Below are positions 11,760 through 21,731 of a DNA stretch of 64,000 nucleotides, one piece after another (positions within the stretch are counted from its first letter, which is position 1; every line of letters starts with the position of its first letter). Source of the stretch: Cyanophora paradoxa CCMP329 (lineage: Eukaryota; Plantae; Glaucophyta); the NCBI GenBank assembly GCA_004431415.1, contig QPMI01000084.1, positions 1-64,000 of the forward strand. Direction: 5' to 3'. Under the pieces are notes generated by a model that was given only the letters and a program-made list of their open reading frames with translations, was not told the origin of the DNA and did no database searches. Position numbers and translations under genes: made by a program.

Positions 11760-12830
11760 TTACAGCATCTCAAAGTCAGAGTCATCGTCATCGGAAACCA
11801 ACTCAATGAGGCCCTCGGGCGCCGACTTAAGGGGAATGCGGGGAAGGGACTGCGCTGCCTGCACCAAGTCCTGCCGCTCGCGCTCGCGCTGCGCCGCCAA
11901 GGCCGCTGCCGCCTCTGCCTCGCGCTGCTGCTGAGCCTCGATGCGCGCCTTGAGCTCGGCCGCCTCCTTCTGCTTGCGCTCGGCGATCCGCGCCTTGTTG
12001 ATCTGGTACTGGACAAGGCGCTCGTGGCGCCGCTTGCGCTCCAACTCCTTGCGGAGCTCGTTGCAGAGGACGCGCTTCTCAATGGTCTTGACGTGCTGAG
12101 TCAGGCGCTCGCTGTAGTGTGACGTCACGCGAGAACGGGCAATGCCGGCGCCGAGCTTCAAGTCCTTCTCGTGTGCCTTGGCGGGGTCCTTGACGCGCTC
12201 GGAGTTGTCGGTGAATGACGTAGTCTCCATGAACTTCTTCTTGACGATTGACTTGGTCTTGATAATGCGGCGCTTGCGAGTCGGGTTTTCGTTGTCGCCT
12301 TCAGAGTCAGAAGACGACTCAGAGTCGTATGGAATCGGCACGTCAAAGTCGATGAAGTCGTTGATGTCAGACTCGACGTCAGAGGCCTCGGACTTGGCGT
12401 CATCGGCGGGCTCGGGGGCGGGCTCGGCGACGGGCTGAGGGGCAGATGACGACGATGACGGAGGGGGGTAATTCGTGAAGACTTGAGGGGGGTAGGCCCA
12501 GGCGAGCGTCTCGGCAGCAGACTCGGCGAAAAGCTTGGGGTCGCCCCAGCCGTTGGCGGTCTTGACCCAGCCGGGGACGGGGGGCACGTCGACGGGGGGC
12601 TCGGGCTTGGGTTGCTTGGACTTGGATTTCTTGGCCTTGGACGTGAAGGCGGACTTGGGGAGAAGTTGCACTTCGGGGCCAGTGGCGCGTAAGATGGCAT
12701 AATTGTAGATGTACCCCAGAGCGTCGGCGCGCTGCTCCATCTCAGGGGTAGCCCCTTGAGTGCCACCGGAGTTAGCCCACGTTGCTTGGACAAAGGCGAA
12801 GTCCTCGGCAAGCTCAGCGGGAATCGACAT
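11760..12830 (-). CDS. Hypothetical protein with Pro/acidic middle and coiled-coil C-terminus
   Basis: Intact ORF from MSIPAELAEDF; the ATG is directly preceded by a pyrimidine tract and CAG. Confidence 0.7.
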   Translation of the reverse strand: MSIPAELAEDFAFVQATWANSGGTQGATPEMEQRADALGYIYNYAILRATGPEVQLLPKSAFTSKAKKSKSKQPKPEPPVDVPPVPGWVKTANGWGDPKLFAESAAETLAWAYPPQVFTNYPPPSSSSSAPQPVAEPAPEPADDAKSEASDVESDINDFIDFDVPIPYDSESSSDSEGDNENPTRKRRIIKTKSIVKKKFMETTSFTDNSERVKDPAKAHEKDLKLGAGIARSRVTSHYSERLTQHVKTIEKRVLCNELRKELERKRRHERLVQYQINKARIAERKQKEAAELKARIEAQQQREAEAAAALAAQRERERQDLVQAAQSLPRIPLKSAPEGLIELVSDDDDSDFEML

Positions 12831-13052
12831 CTGCGCAAAGGGAAAAGAAATCAGCAAAGGCAAAACGTGAGGTGACTGTGAGGGCGGACTTGTGAAAATT
12901 CGGAGAGGCAGGGTTTCCTTGGGCTGAGAGAAGGCGGCGAACCCGTTTCAAGAGTGAGGCAAAATGGCGGCGGACCGCGGTTTTGTGGGCGAATTTTTTC
13001 CTGGGCTAGTTCGCAACGGAAAACGTTGCCAACTGGCCTGAAAAAGCCAAAT

Positions 13053-13595
13053 TTAGCGTTGGACCGAAGACAGAAAAAGGAGCCGGCCTGACGGAAATTG
13101 CCCGAGTGCGTCCGCCGAAGGTCGAGTCTCGGATGGGGGGTACACCCTCAGGGGGCCCCCTGGCCCCTCACCCTGGTAGTACCCTCTCAAGGGGATTTTC
13201 GAAGCCGTACAATTCTTGGTAAGTCTCGTAATCCGGGCTGTACCCCTCACAATCTGCGGGAGCCCCATTGAAAGCCTCCGTCTATCCTCTCTCAATTCCC
13301 TGCGGAAAAGTCTACGGTCTTCTCGAGCTTCGCGCGTCACGCCAGCTGGGCGTGGTCTATGATTGTTAGGGTTGTCGTAGCCTGGTCCCACCAGCCTCAC
13401 GAAATTTTCGCGTATGGCCTCGGGGAGACTCTGGAAACGGTTCGTTGCGTGGAACTCGATCCATTCATTGAATCGACGCGGATATTGACGGATGACTTCA
13501 AGCACGCCCTGTGTGTTGGGCTCTGGTGTTATGTCGGGAATGTCATGTCCTGTGAGGTGCCAACGCCAGAACTCGCGCAGCCTCTCGAATGCCAT
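13053..13595 (-). CDS. Hypothetical Arg-rich protein
   Basis: ORF MAFERLREFWRW...; the 3' end may be frameshifted. Confidence 0.45.
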   Translation of the reverse strand: MAFERLREFWRWHLTGHDIPDITPEPNTQGVLEVIRQYPRRFNEWIEFHATNRFQSLPEAIRENFVRLVGPGYDNPNNHRPRPAGVTREAREDRRLFRRELREDRRRLSMGLPQIVRGTARITRLTKNCTASKIPLRGYYQGEGPGGPLRVYPPSETRPSADALGQFPSGRLLFLSSVQR

Positions 13596-13687
13596 ATGCA
13601 ACTCAAAGGGGAAATCGTAATAGAGATTGCCTGACATTTTTCTCCCCCTCCGAAAATTTCCCCGTTTTGAGTCCAGACTCTGATTCC

Positions 13688-13742
13688 AACTCTTCCCAAG
13701 TCCCAAGTCCCAAGTCCCAAGTCCCAAGTCCCAAGTCCCAGG
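13688..13742 (-). repeat. (GGGACTT)6 heptamer array, direct relative to 11634
   Basis: AACTCTT(CCCAAGT)6CCCAGG. Confidence 0.95.
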
Positions 13743-16058
13743 TCCCATTTTTCTCCCATTTCAGTCCGAGATTTTGCCCAAGTCCAAATCCGGGCCCGGG
13801 ATTCGAACCCTCGTTTTCGGTCGATTTCACGCGTGAAAAACGCACTTTTCGGCCTTTTCCGATTTTTCCTTTCTCGCGATCGCAGAAATGCCCCCGATCT
13901 CGAAATCGCGATCGAAAAGGGTCGCGATCGGGAGAAAGTCGCGATCACCAGGGTCGCGATCGGGTCGCGATCGCCGCGATCGCCAGCCTCGGAGGGGGTA
14001 CCCCCACAGCTGTTGCGGCGGTTATAAGAACCTCCGCAATCCAAGCGTCACTTCCGAGTCTCGAGCTCTCGGAGTTGCCTTTTCGCGTTTGGCCCATTGA
14101 TGGCCCTCTTATATATCTAGTACTGCTGCTTCCGGATCTGCCCCGGCGCACCTCGATATCGCCTGCGCGGCTTGCAGGAACCACGAGCTGCGAAGCACTA
14201 ATTCAGGGGCGGAGCGTTAGGCGCAGCGCGGGGACAGCGCACGACCGGACGCACATGAGCAGGCCGGGGACGCATGCGCGGCTGGTCCTCTCTAAATTCG
14301 ATCCGAGGACCTTCGCCCGAACAGAGCGTGCAGAGGCTCAGCTGCGCGCCCATGATCGGCCACTCGCTTTTTTTCACGCCATCTGCACGCGTACCCGGCC
14401 AGCTGCAGCCTGGCGCGGCGCCGGCCCTTTTGCGCTGGCTATGGCGCTGCTCAATCGCTCTAGCTCGCTTCACCGATCGCATAGCTCTTCCGATTCTGAT
14501 CGCTAGCGCTGAGTTGGGTTGATCATGATCATGATGGGCATGCGCATGCATATGCGCCGGCGCCGCGGCGCCGGCGCCAGATCTGAATATTAATCTAGAT
14601 CCGTGACGCGCGCGCTTCCTGAGTAAGCTGTAACTCTAGCCTTTAAGCTCGCCCCGCGCGGCCGGCACCAGGCCTAGGCCCTGAGGGGTTGCGCATGCTA
14701 GCCCTCGCCGAGTCGAGCTTCGCGCGCCGGGGCTTGCGAGTTTCGAACTAATTCAGCGCGCAAATACACAGCCGAGGCCTGCGTGCATAGGCTGATCATG
14801 AGCAGCACAGCTAGATCTAGACACTTCCGGAAATTAATATTCGAGGCATATCATAGTATGCATGGGCCGATCGCAAACGAATTCGGAACTTGTTGGTCGA
14901 CGTACGGTTAAACAATCGCATAAACAAGAAGAATCGCAAACCTAGGCTCACTAGTACTGGGCCAAGCCGTCTATCTACTAGGCTGGTGCCTGAGGGGCGA
15001 CGAGAATCGGGGGCAAGATCTAGAGCTACGCGTCCTGAAAAATAAGGAGCGGTGACAAGAAATAGGAACGGACGTAGGCCAGCTCTTCAGCCTCGTCTGG
15101 CGCTCCGCTGTATTCCGGAGGATCGAACGTCAGCACAGAATGCGAAGCGTGAGAAGTTCATCACTTTGATGGCCGCCGGGCGCACCGCGCGGCTCATCTG
15201 AGCATAGATCGTCCGCGACGGCTTCAGCAGGCCTGCTAGAGATCGCCTTAATGGATACGATCCCTGCAGCCATGCAATGCAGCAGGCTGCAACTGGGCGC
15301 GCGCGGCAGACCATGTTTCGGGGACGCTGGTTCTGCCCTCGGCGACGGGGCCGATACCACGATTGCTGTTGAAAGAGAAAGAGCGTCAGAGGGAGCTTAC
15401 GTACAAAAAGCTCGGGGGCGCTCACTTGGGGCCTGAAAAGCGCATGGGGCAGCGGTGGCTTGAGCTGCTGCGGCCGCGGGGACGGGCAGCGGTCGCGGCA
15501 GCAGAGCTGGCAAAGCGCATGTATGCATAATCGTAAGCAATTGTGCGCGAGCGCTGGAACGCAAGCGTGGGGGCGGGAGAGCCGCGCAACCACTTTCGGA
15601 AACGCGCAGTGCAAGCTCTTCCGGCGTGGGAACACGGCGAGGAGAAGGGGGCGAAGAAGACAGAGACGACAAGTTATCTCCCTGGTGCGCGCGCGGTGGC
15701 TCAGACTCAGGGTGCGCACGAATCGAAGGCGCCGGCCACGCGGCACGCACGTCGCTATGGCCTGCAGGCTCCTCGTGCTTCAAAGAGCGAGCGACCTGCG
15801 CAACGGGCGCTCAGCCGCGGTTGTACTATGGCCGCGGGGGCCGGGCCTGGCGCACCACATCCGCCGCCCACGATCGCATCCGATGGTCCTCGCCCCGCGA
15901 CCGCCGATGCTGTTGTTCTTGCGCAGCATCGCCTTTCAAGCACAGGCAGGCGCTCCACTCGGCTCCCATCGCCCTGCTGGGCTCGACTGATCGGGGTAGT
16001 GGTTCAGTAGGGACCAAGTACTAGTCGGCGACTCGGCGTGCCGCGGCAGCTGCGATCG

Positions 16059-16502
16059 ATGGGCCAGCAGATGGCGAGCTGCGGCTGCTGCGGTGAACAA
16101 GACCCTGACAAGCAGCGGAGGCGAGAGATCGACGCCGAGGAGAAGCGCATCCGAGTTCTTGCCGCCGCGCAGGTCATTCGACCTAGCCGCGCCCGCTCAA
16201 GCACCCCGCGCAGCGCGTACACTGAGCACTCGTCGGCAGGCGCGCCTTGAGGTTGAGCGCATGCGAGGCGTGCAGAAGAAGCCGTGGCCGTCCGTCCGCC
16301 GCCGTCGCGTCCGCAAGTTGCGGCGCCGAACACTTGACTGACCTGCATGCATGTGCGGTGCAGGGCGGCGAAGAAGGTCGCTGCTACAAGCGACAACACG
16401 CCTGTCCTGGGGGGACTTCGACAGCACGGTGCGCCGCGGCGCGACCCGCGTCGCTGTGAATCGGCGCCGCGGCCCGAACGGCTCGCAGACTGGGCGACGT
16501 GA
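16059..16502 (+). CDS. Host small VCP-interacting protein (SVIP)-like gene, 4 exons
   Basis: Spliced reading MGQQMASCGCCGE..DAEEKRIRVLAAAQ|ARLEVERMRGVQKKPW..|AAKKVAATSDNTPVLGGLRQH|DWAT*. Shows the N-terminal Gly/Cys lipidation pattern, an R....AA..R VIM-like motif and GGLR, as in SVIP. Confidence 0.5.
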
Positions 16503-16831
16503 GCCGTGCATGCGTGTGCCTGCGAACCTTTTGCGGCGGCGGCGAGCGTGTGGGGGCGCTGCAGCTGGGCGGCCCGGCTTGCCGCTCCTCTTCGAACTCT
16601 TCGACTCCGAGACGCGTTCACGCTCCTCGGGCTCGTGGACCCTCAGTCATCGGCCATACCTTAACTCTAATCAGCACCGAGCATGGCCCCCTGATTCCCT
16701 CCAATCCGCCCCAGGCCCGACGGCCGCGGGGCCCTATAGCTAGGGCCTCCCCCGTCAAGTGCCCTTTTTTGTCAACTGCAAAGTGGTGTGCGCGTAATAG
16801 TACAAAAGCTGGCGGCTCTGCACGCGTAGGG

Positions 16832-18594
16832 CTATGCGTAGGCGTCCGTCATGGCCTGCAGGGGCGGGATGGAGCGGTGAGACGCGGGGCGGGGCGGGGT
16901 CCGAGGGCGGGCGGGCGGGCGGGCGGAGACCTGGACTGCCGCCGCGTCCTCCTGCTCGGGCTGCTCGGGCTCCGGGTTCGCGGCCGCGTGGGCGGCGCCC
17001 TCCTTGAGTTGCTGCGCGCGCGGGGCGGTGGGCGGCGGGCAACGCGCGGGGTACAGCGTGAATGGATGGGGGTACCTGCGCAAGGGCAGCCTTCGTCTCG
17101 TCCTCGTACTTGCGGACATCCTCGATGGTCATTCCGTACCTGCGCGGATTCGAACCCGGATCCAAAGGAGGGGTACGGGCGCGCGCTCGCGCTCCCGCGC
17201 ACCACTCGTCGAGCCAGCAGAAGACGTCGCGGTGCCCCTTGAGGAAGACGTTCCGCAGGGCGTGCTGGGAGACGGGAACGGTGAGGGGGGTACGGGATAC
17301 GGGGGGCAAAGAAGGGGGGTACGTGGTGGACGAAGCTCTCGACGCGGCTCGCGACACCCCACATCTGGAACTCGACCTGCGGGGGGAGGGGAGGGTTCGG
17401 GGCGCCCCAGGCCACGGCCCGGGGAGGGGGGGCCTTTCCGGCTCACGTGGCAGAGCTTGTAGCAGGTCATGATCGGCTGGGTAGTCTCCTGCGGGGCCGG
17501 TGAGCGCCGGGCGAGCCCGCCGGAAGCGGCGGGGGCGCGGACCCGCCAGCCGGGGGCGAGCGGGCCGCGCCCGGTCTTCTGCGACTTGAACTTGCGCGGG
17601 TCCTGCTCCACGGGCAGCTTCGCGAGCTCGCCGGCCCACGCCTCGTCGGTCACGATGTCCACGACGTCCTTCTCGATCTTCGCGTAGGCGCCCGCCTCGA
17701 TGTTCAAGCACTGGCGCCGCGTCGGAAGGCGCGAAAAGGAATCCGGCGGGACGGGCGCGACGGGACGCACGTTCTCGGTCTTCCCGTTGTCGTTCAGGTA
17801 CCGAGTCTCCATCTTAATCGAGAAGCGCTCGCCGAGGAAGGGGCACTGCGCGGCAGGCCCGGCGTGAGCCCGGCATGCGAAGAGCCTGCGGAATGCTCGG
17901 GACTGAAACAAAAGCTCGAACCGTATACTCTGCCCGTGGGGAAGCCATGCGCAGAGGGAGGCGAGAGGGACGGGCGGCGAGATCAGTTTTCGGGGGTTGC
18001 GGGCAGGAACCGAGAGAACGCACCGGCCCGGACGTAAGGGTAGTGGTTCCAGGACTTCTCGTGGATCTGCAGGGCGCTCGAAGGGATGAACGCCTTGATC
18101 CACTTCGGCAGACGCCTGCATGTGAAGCGCAACATTGGCCGCACTTCCGGCGGGCGACAGGGGAGGTGCGGCGCACTTTCCGACATGGATAATCTTGTGC
18201 GTGAACTGACCCTTGCCGTGCTTCTCGTCCTCGTACGGCTCGTTCTTTAGCACCTCGACGCCCTCGCCGTGCTTCGTCTCCGCGCGACTGGTCTTCGCAA
18301 CCATGTACAGCTGAGCTATCCGGTACTCATCTACCGTGAACGGAAGCACAATGCTGCGCAGAAGCTCGAGTCAGCCGCGGCTGTGCGGCGCCCGTCGGGC
18401 CCGGCTGCCCCAAGGGTCGGCGAAGGCCCCGCGCGTGCTCTAACTGGTATCTCTATGCATTCGAGCAGCGAAAGCGGGAGTGCCGCGAAACCCATGGCTC
18501 GGGGGGGCGGCGCAGACCGGTACTCCTTGGATTGCTGCGGAGCGTCAGAGAGAACTCAACGCGCATTTTGCCAAGGCACAGAACGCACCACCAT
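16832..18594 (-). CDS. Host phosphatidylinositol transfer protein (PITP), multi-exon
   Basis: Exons MV|QSKEYR|IVLPFTVDEYRIAQLYMVAKTS..GEGVEVLKNEPY..GQFTHKIIH|RLPKWIKAF..IHEKSWNHYPYVRA|EYT|CPFLGERFSIKMETRY|..DPRKFKSQKTGRGPL|MTCYKL|VEFQMWG|FLKGHRDVFCWLDEW|YGMTIEDVRKYEDET. These are classic class I/II PITP motifs. Confidence 0.9.
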
Positions 18595-18640
18595 GGCGCT
18601 CTCCTCGATCGATTCTGCTGGAGGGGTACAGGTAGAAACG

Positions 18641-21600
18641 ATGGCAACCAAGCATCGCAGGCCGCGCTTTGTGGCCGCAGAGTTCGAGGTGCCTGTAGTC
18701 GCTCGAATAAGCGGGCCTGTAAACGTGGTGGCCGCGCCCGTGCTCGCGGAGCTGTCGTTCGTGAATCCGAACGACCCCGCCCACGATGAGGAGCCCGACA
18801 ATAGCAGCAGCCACCCCGTAATGTGCGTCTAGCGCATCCCCCCGCCCCGCCCGCGCTATGTGAGTAACTGCCGCGCAGCGCTGTGCTGGCCCAGCGCAAG
18901 CTCTCTGGGTCCAAGCCAGGGCGGCGAAACGATAACGCGAAAGTGTGCCTGGTGATCGAGGGCGGTGGCATGCGCGGCTGCGTCAGGTGCGATCCGTGAA
19001 TCTCGTCTCCCATCGAGATCCACGATGGCGCGCGCCTAGCAAGTTCGCGCGCAGGTCCCCCCGCGCTTTCTAAGCGCTTAGTCGGGCTCTTTATAGCTAA
19101 AACGAGCTGTGTATCCGATCATCGGATCAGAGCGCGCCGCCGCCCGGTGACGCATCGCTGTCCTTCGCGGCGGATTGCGATCTGATCGATCGCGCAGCGG
19201 CGGCATGGTCGCCGCGCTCCACGACCTGGGCCTGCGCGACGCGTTCGATGTCGTTTACGGCAGCTCCGTGCGCGCCTCCGGGCCCCCCGCCCCGCCCCGC
19301 CCCGCCCCGCCCGCCCCGCGCCGCTCCAGCTCACCGGGCCGCCTCGCGCCGCGTGCGCAGGCCGGCGCCATCAACGGGGTGCGCACACGCGCCGCGGGCC
19401 CGCGCGCCGCTGACGCAATCCGCGCGCTCTCGGCGCAGGCCTACTTCCTCTCGGGGCAGCCGGAGGGGAGCCAGATCTACGTGCAGGACCTCCCCAACAA
19501 CACCAAGGCGCGTACCCCCATCCCTTCCCCGCCCTTCCCTGACTTTCGCCGCAGTTCATCGACGTGAAGCGGCTCTTCTTCGGGCAGCCGGCGATGTCCC
19601 TCGAGTACCTCGTCAACGAGTTCCTCCAGAGCCGCGAGAACCCGCGCGCGCTCAAGTGGGAGGCGCGCCCGCCCGCCCGCCCGCCCGCTCAGATCTGATC
19701 TGATCCGATCCGACCCGACCCGTCTGATGCGATCCGACCCGGCCCGGTCTGGCAGGCGCTGGTGGACTGCCCGATCCCGCTGAAGGCGGTGGCGAGCTCG
19801 CTCACGCGCCAGCAGCCCGTCACCATCCACGCCAATACCAGCCGGTGCGCCCGCCCGCCCGCCTCCCGAGGGGCCCGGGGCGGCGCCGGCGCCCCGCGAG
19901 CGGTCCCGCTATGCGCCTCCAGCCCCCGCCCTACCTCTAGCTCTCGCTCTGCTTCCACGCGAGCCAGCCAGCGTCGGGGCCGCTCCATCTATGTCTAGGC
20001 CCAGCCCCATCTGCCTGGCGCCCTGCCCCTCCTCGCCTCTCCTCGCCCCTGCCCTCGCTCTCGCTCCCGGCCTCGGGCGCCCAGCCGCGCTGAGCGCCGC
20101 GCGCCTGGTCTAACGGCGGCGGCGGGGGCAGGGAGGAGCTCTTCGGGGCGCTGCGGGCGACCGCCCAGGTCCCCATCCTCGCCGTGCGGCCCCGCCCCGC
20201 CCCGCCCCGCTCCTCGCCTCCTTCTTCTTCTTACGCGGCGGGGTGTAGGGCCAGCCCTTCGAGTGGAAGGAGGACCAGTGGGTCGACGGTGCCCCCGCGC
20301 CGGCCCCTCGCGCCCCTTCGTTCCCTCCTGAGGCCGCCCGGCCGACCAGGCGCCCTCTTCGAGCCCATTCCCTTCCACTCCGCCGTCGACGACAACTGCA
20401 CGGTGCGGTACCCTCTTCCGATCTATTATTAGCGCACGCGGCTGATTGCCGTACCCCCGCAGCATGTCCTGGCGCTCCTCACGCGGCCCCCGAAGGCGGA
20501 GCTGCGCGACGGCGCCGCCGACCCGTTCAAGCTCTGGTGGGCCAAGTGCGCGCGTACCCCCTCCCCGCCAGCCCGCCTCGGCACGACTGCGTACCCCTCC
20601 GGGCCTCATCCCCTCCCAGGCGCTTCATTCCCCGGTACCTCGAGCGCCTCTACGAGCGGGGCCACATCTACACGGGTGCCCCGCCGCGTACCCCCTCGCG
20701 GGCTTTTTCGCTGAAGCCTTGTACCCCCAGACGACCACTACGAGCGGGACATCGAGCTGATCAAGCGGCACACGGCCGACCCGAAGGCGAGTCGCCCCGT
20801 ACCTCCCGCCCCCGCGTACCCCCGTACCCCCCTTCCAACGCGTACCCCAGGGCGCGATACGGGAGCCGCTGCCGGACCACGCCCTCCACCTCGAGACGCG
20901 GGTCTCGTTCGGGTCCCAGCGGTGCGTCCCGCTGCTCTCCTCTTGTCGGTCTTCGTTCTGGTTCTTACGCGGGCGGGCGGCAGGGTCCCGGCGCGCCCCG
21001 CCGCCGGCTTGGCGGACGAGGTGACCACCGTCAGCGCGGGGGCCCCGGCTGCGGAGGAGCCGCCGCACCCGCCGCCGGCCCCGCGCCGCTGCTGCCACCT
21101 CCGCGGCGGCGCCGACCTCAGGCGCGCCCTCCTTGGGGCCTTCTCCTTGAAATCGATCCGCCCGCTCACCCTCCCGCGCTCACGGACGAACCGGCAGCGA
21201 GGAGTCGTGCGGGAAGCGGGCGTATATGTACGGCGTACTCCCCCCGAACCGCCTCGGCACCGTCTCCAAGTGCGCTATTTTTGGACGGGCAGGGGGGTAC
21301 GGGCGCTGATCTCGGGAGTAGCATGGAGATGGACTCGCGGCGGCTGCTGGAGGGCGTCGCGGCGGGGTACGAGGCCATCACCAGCGTGTTCTCCAAGGCC
21401 CTCAGGTTCGAATCCGCGCGGGTCCTTCGAGCTGGAGCTCGTCGCTGATGTGACGCGCAGCGCGGGGGCCCACCACCAGCGCAACCACCCGCACCGGTGC
21501 GCCCCGACGCGCCGCACCGCTCCGGATCCGCCCCTCCGCACCCCTGATGCCGGGCCCTGCAGGAGGGGCCACGGGCACGGGCACGCCCACGGGCACGGCC

Positions 21601-21731
21601 ACGGGCACCCGCACCACGCGGCGGTGCCGGTGGCGGCGCGGGCGGGGAAGCGCGGGGAGCGTCCCTCCAGGCAGGAGGCCCAGATGATGAAGAAGTTCGC
21701 CAAGAGCGGCCTCGCCGACATCATCAAGTAG
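18641..21731 (+). CDS. Host patatin-like phospholipase, multi-exon
   Basis: HPV..GSKPGRRND..LVIEGGGMRG (GxGxxG), DVVYGSS|AGAING (GxSxG), ALFEPIPFHSAVDD, HVLALLTRP. The 3' exon structure is only partly resolved. Confidence 0.8.

Larger units (their letters stand above)
1..14039. mobile_element. Element A: integrated GC-rich PLV/virophage-like element, right part (left end outside the window)
   Basis: Dense, almost intronless genes with short ATTTT(T)CT...AAA-ATG leaders; penton-like, fibre/S74, FN3 and HNH genes; ends in CGCGATCG repeats and an inverted repeat before host-like DNA. No MCP or ATPase is inside the window, so the class is inferred. Confidence 0.6.

Noticed and set aside
11104-13748. 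ORFs containing GLGTWDL/SQVPSPK repeats
   Set aside because: They are translations of the heptamer arrays.
14100-16020. Many overlapping 60-300 aa ORFs
   Set aside because: Expected in GC-rich DNA with no recognisable motifs; a spliced gene near 15250-15990 is possible but unsupported.
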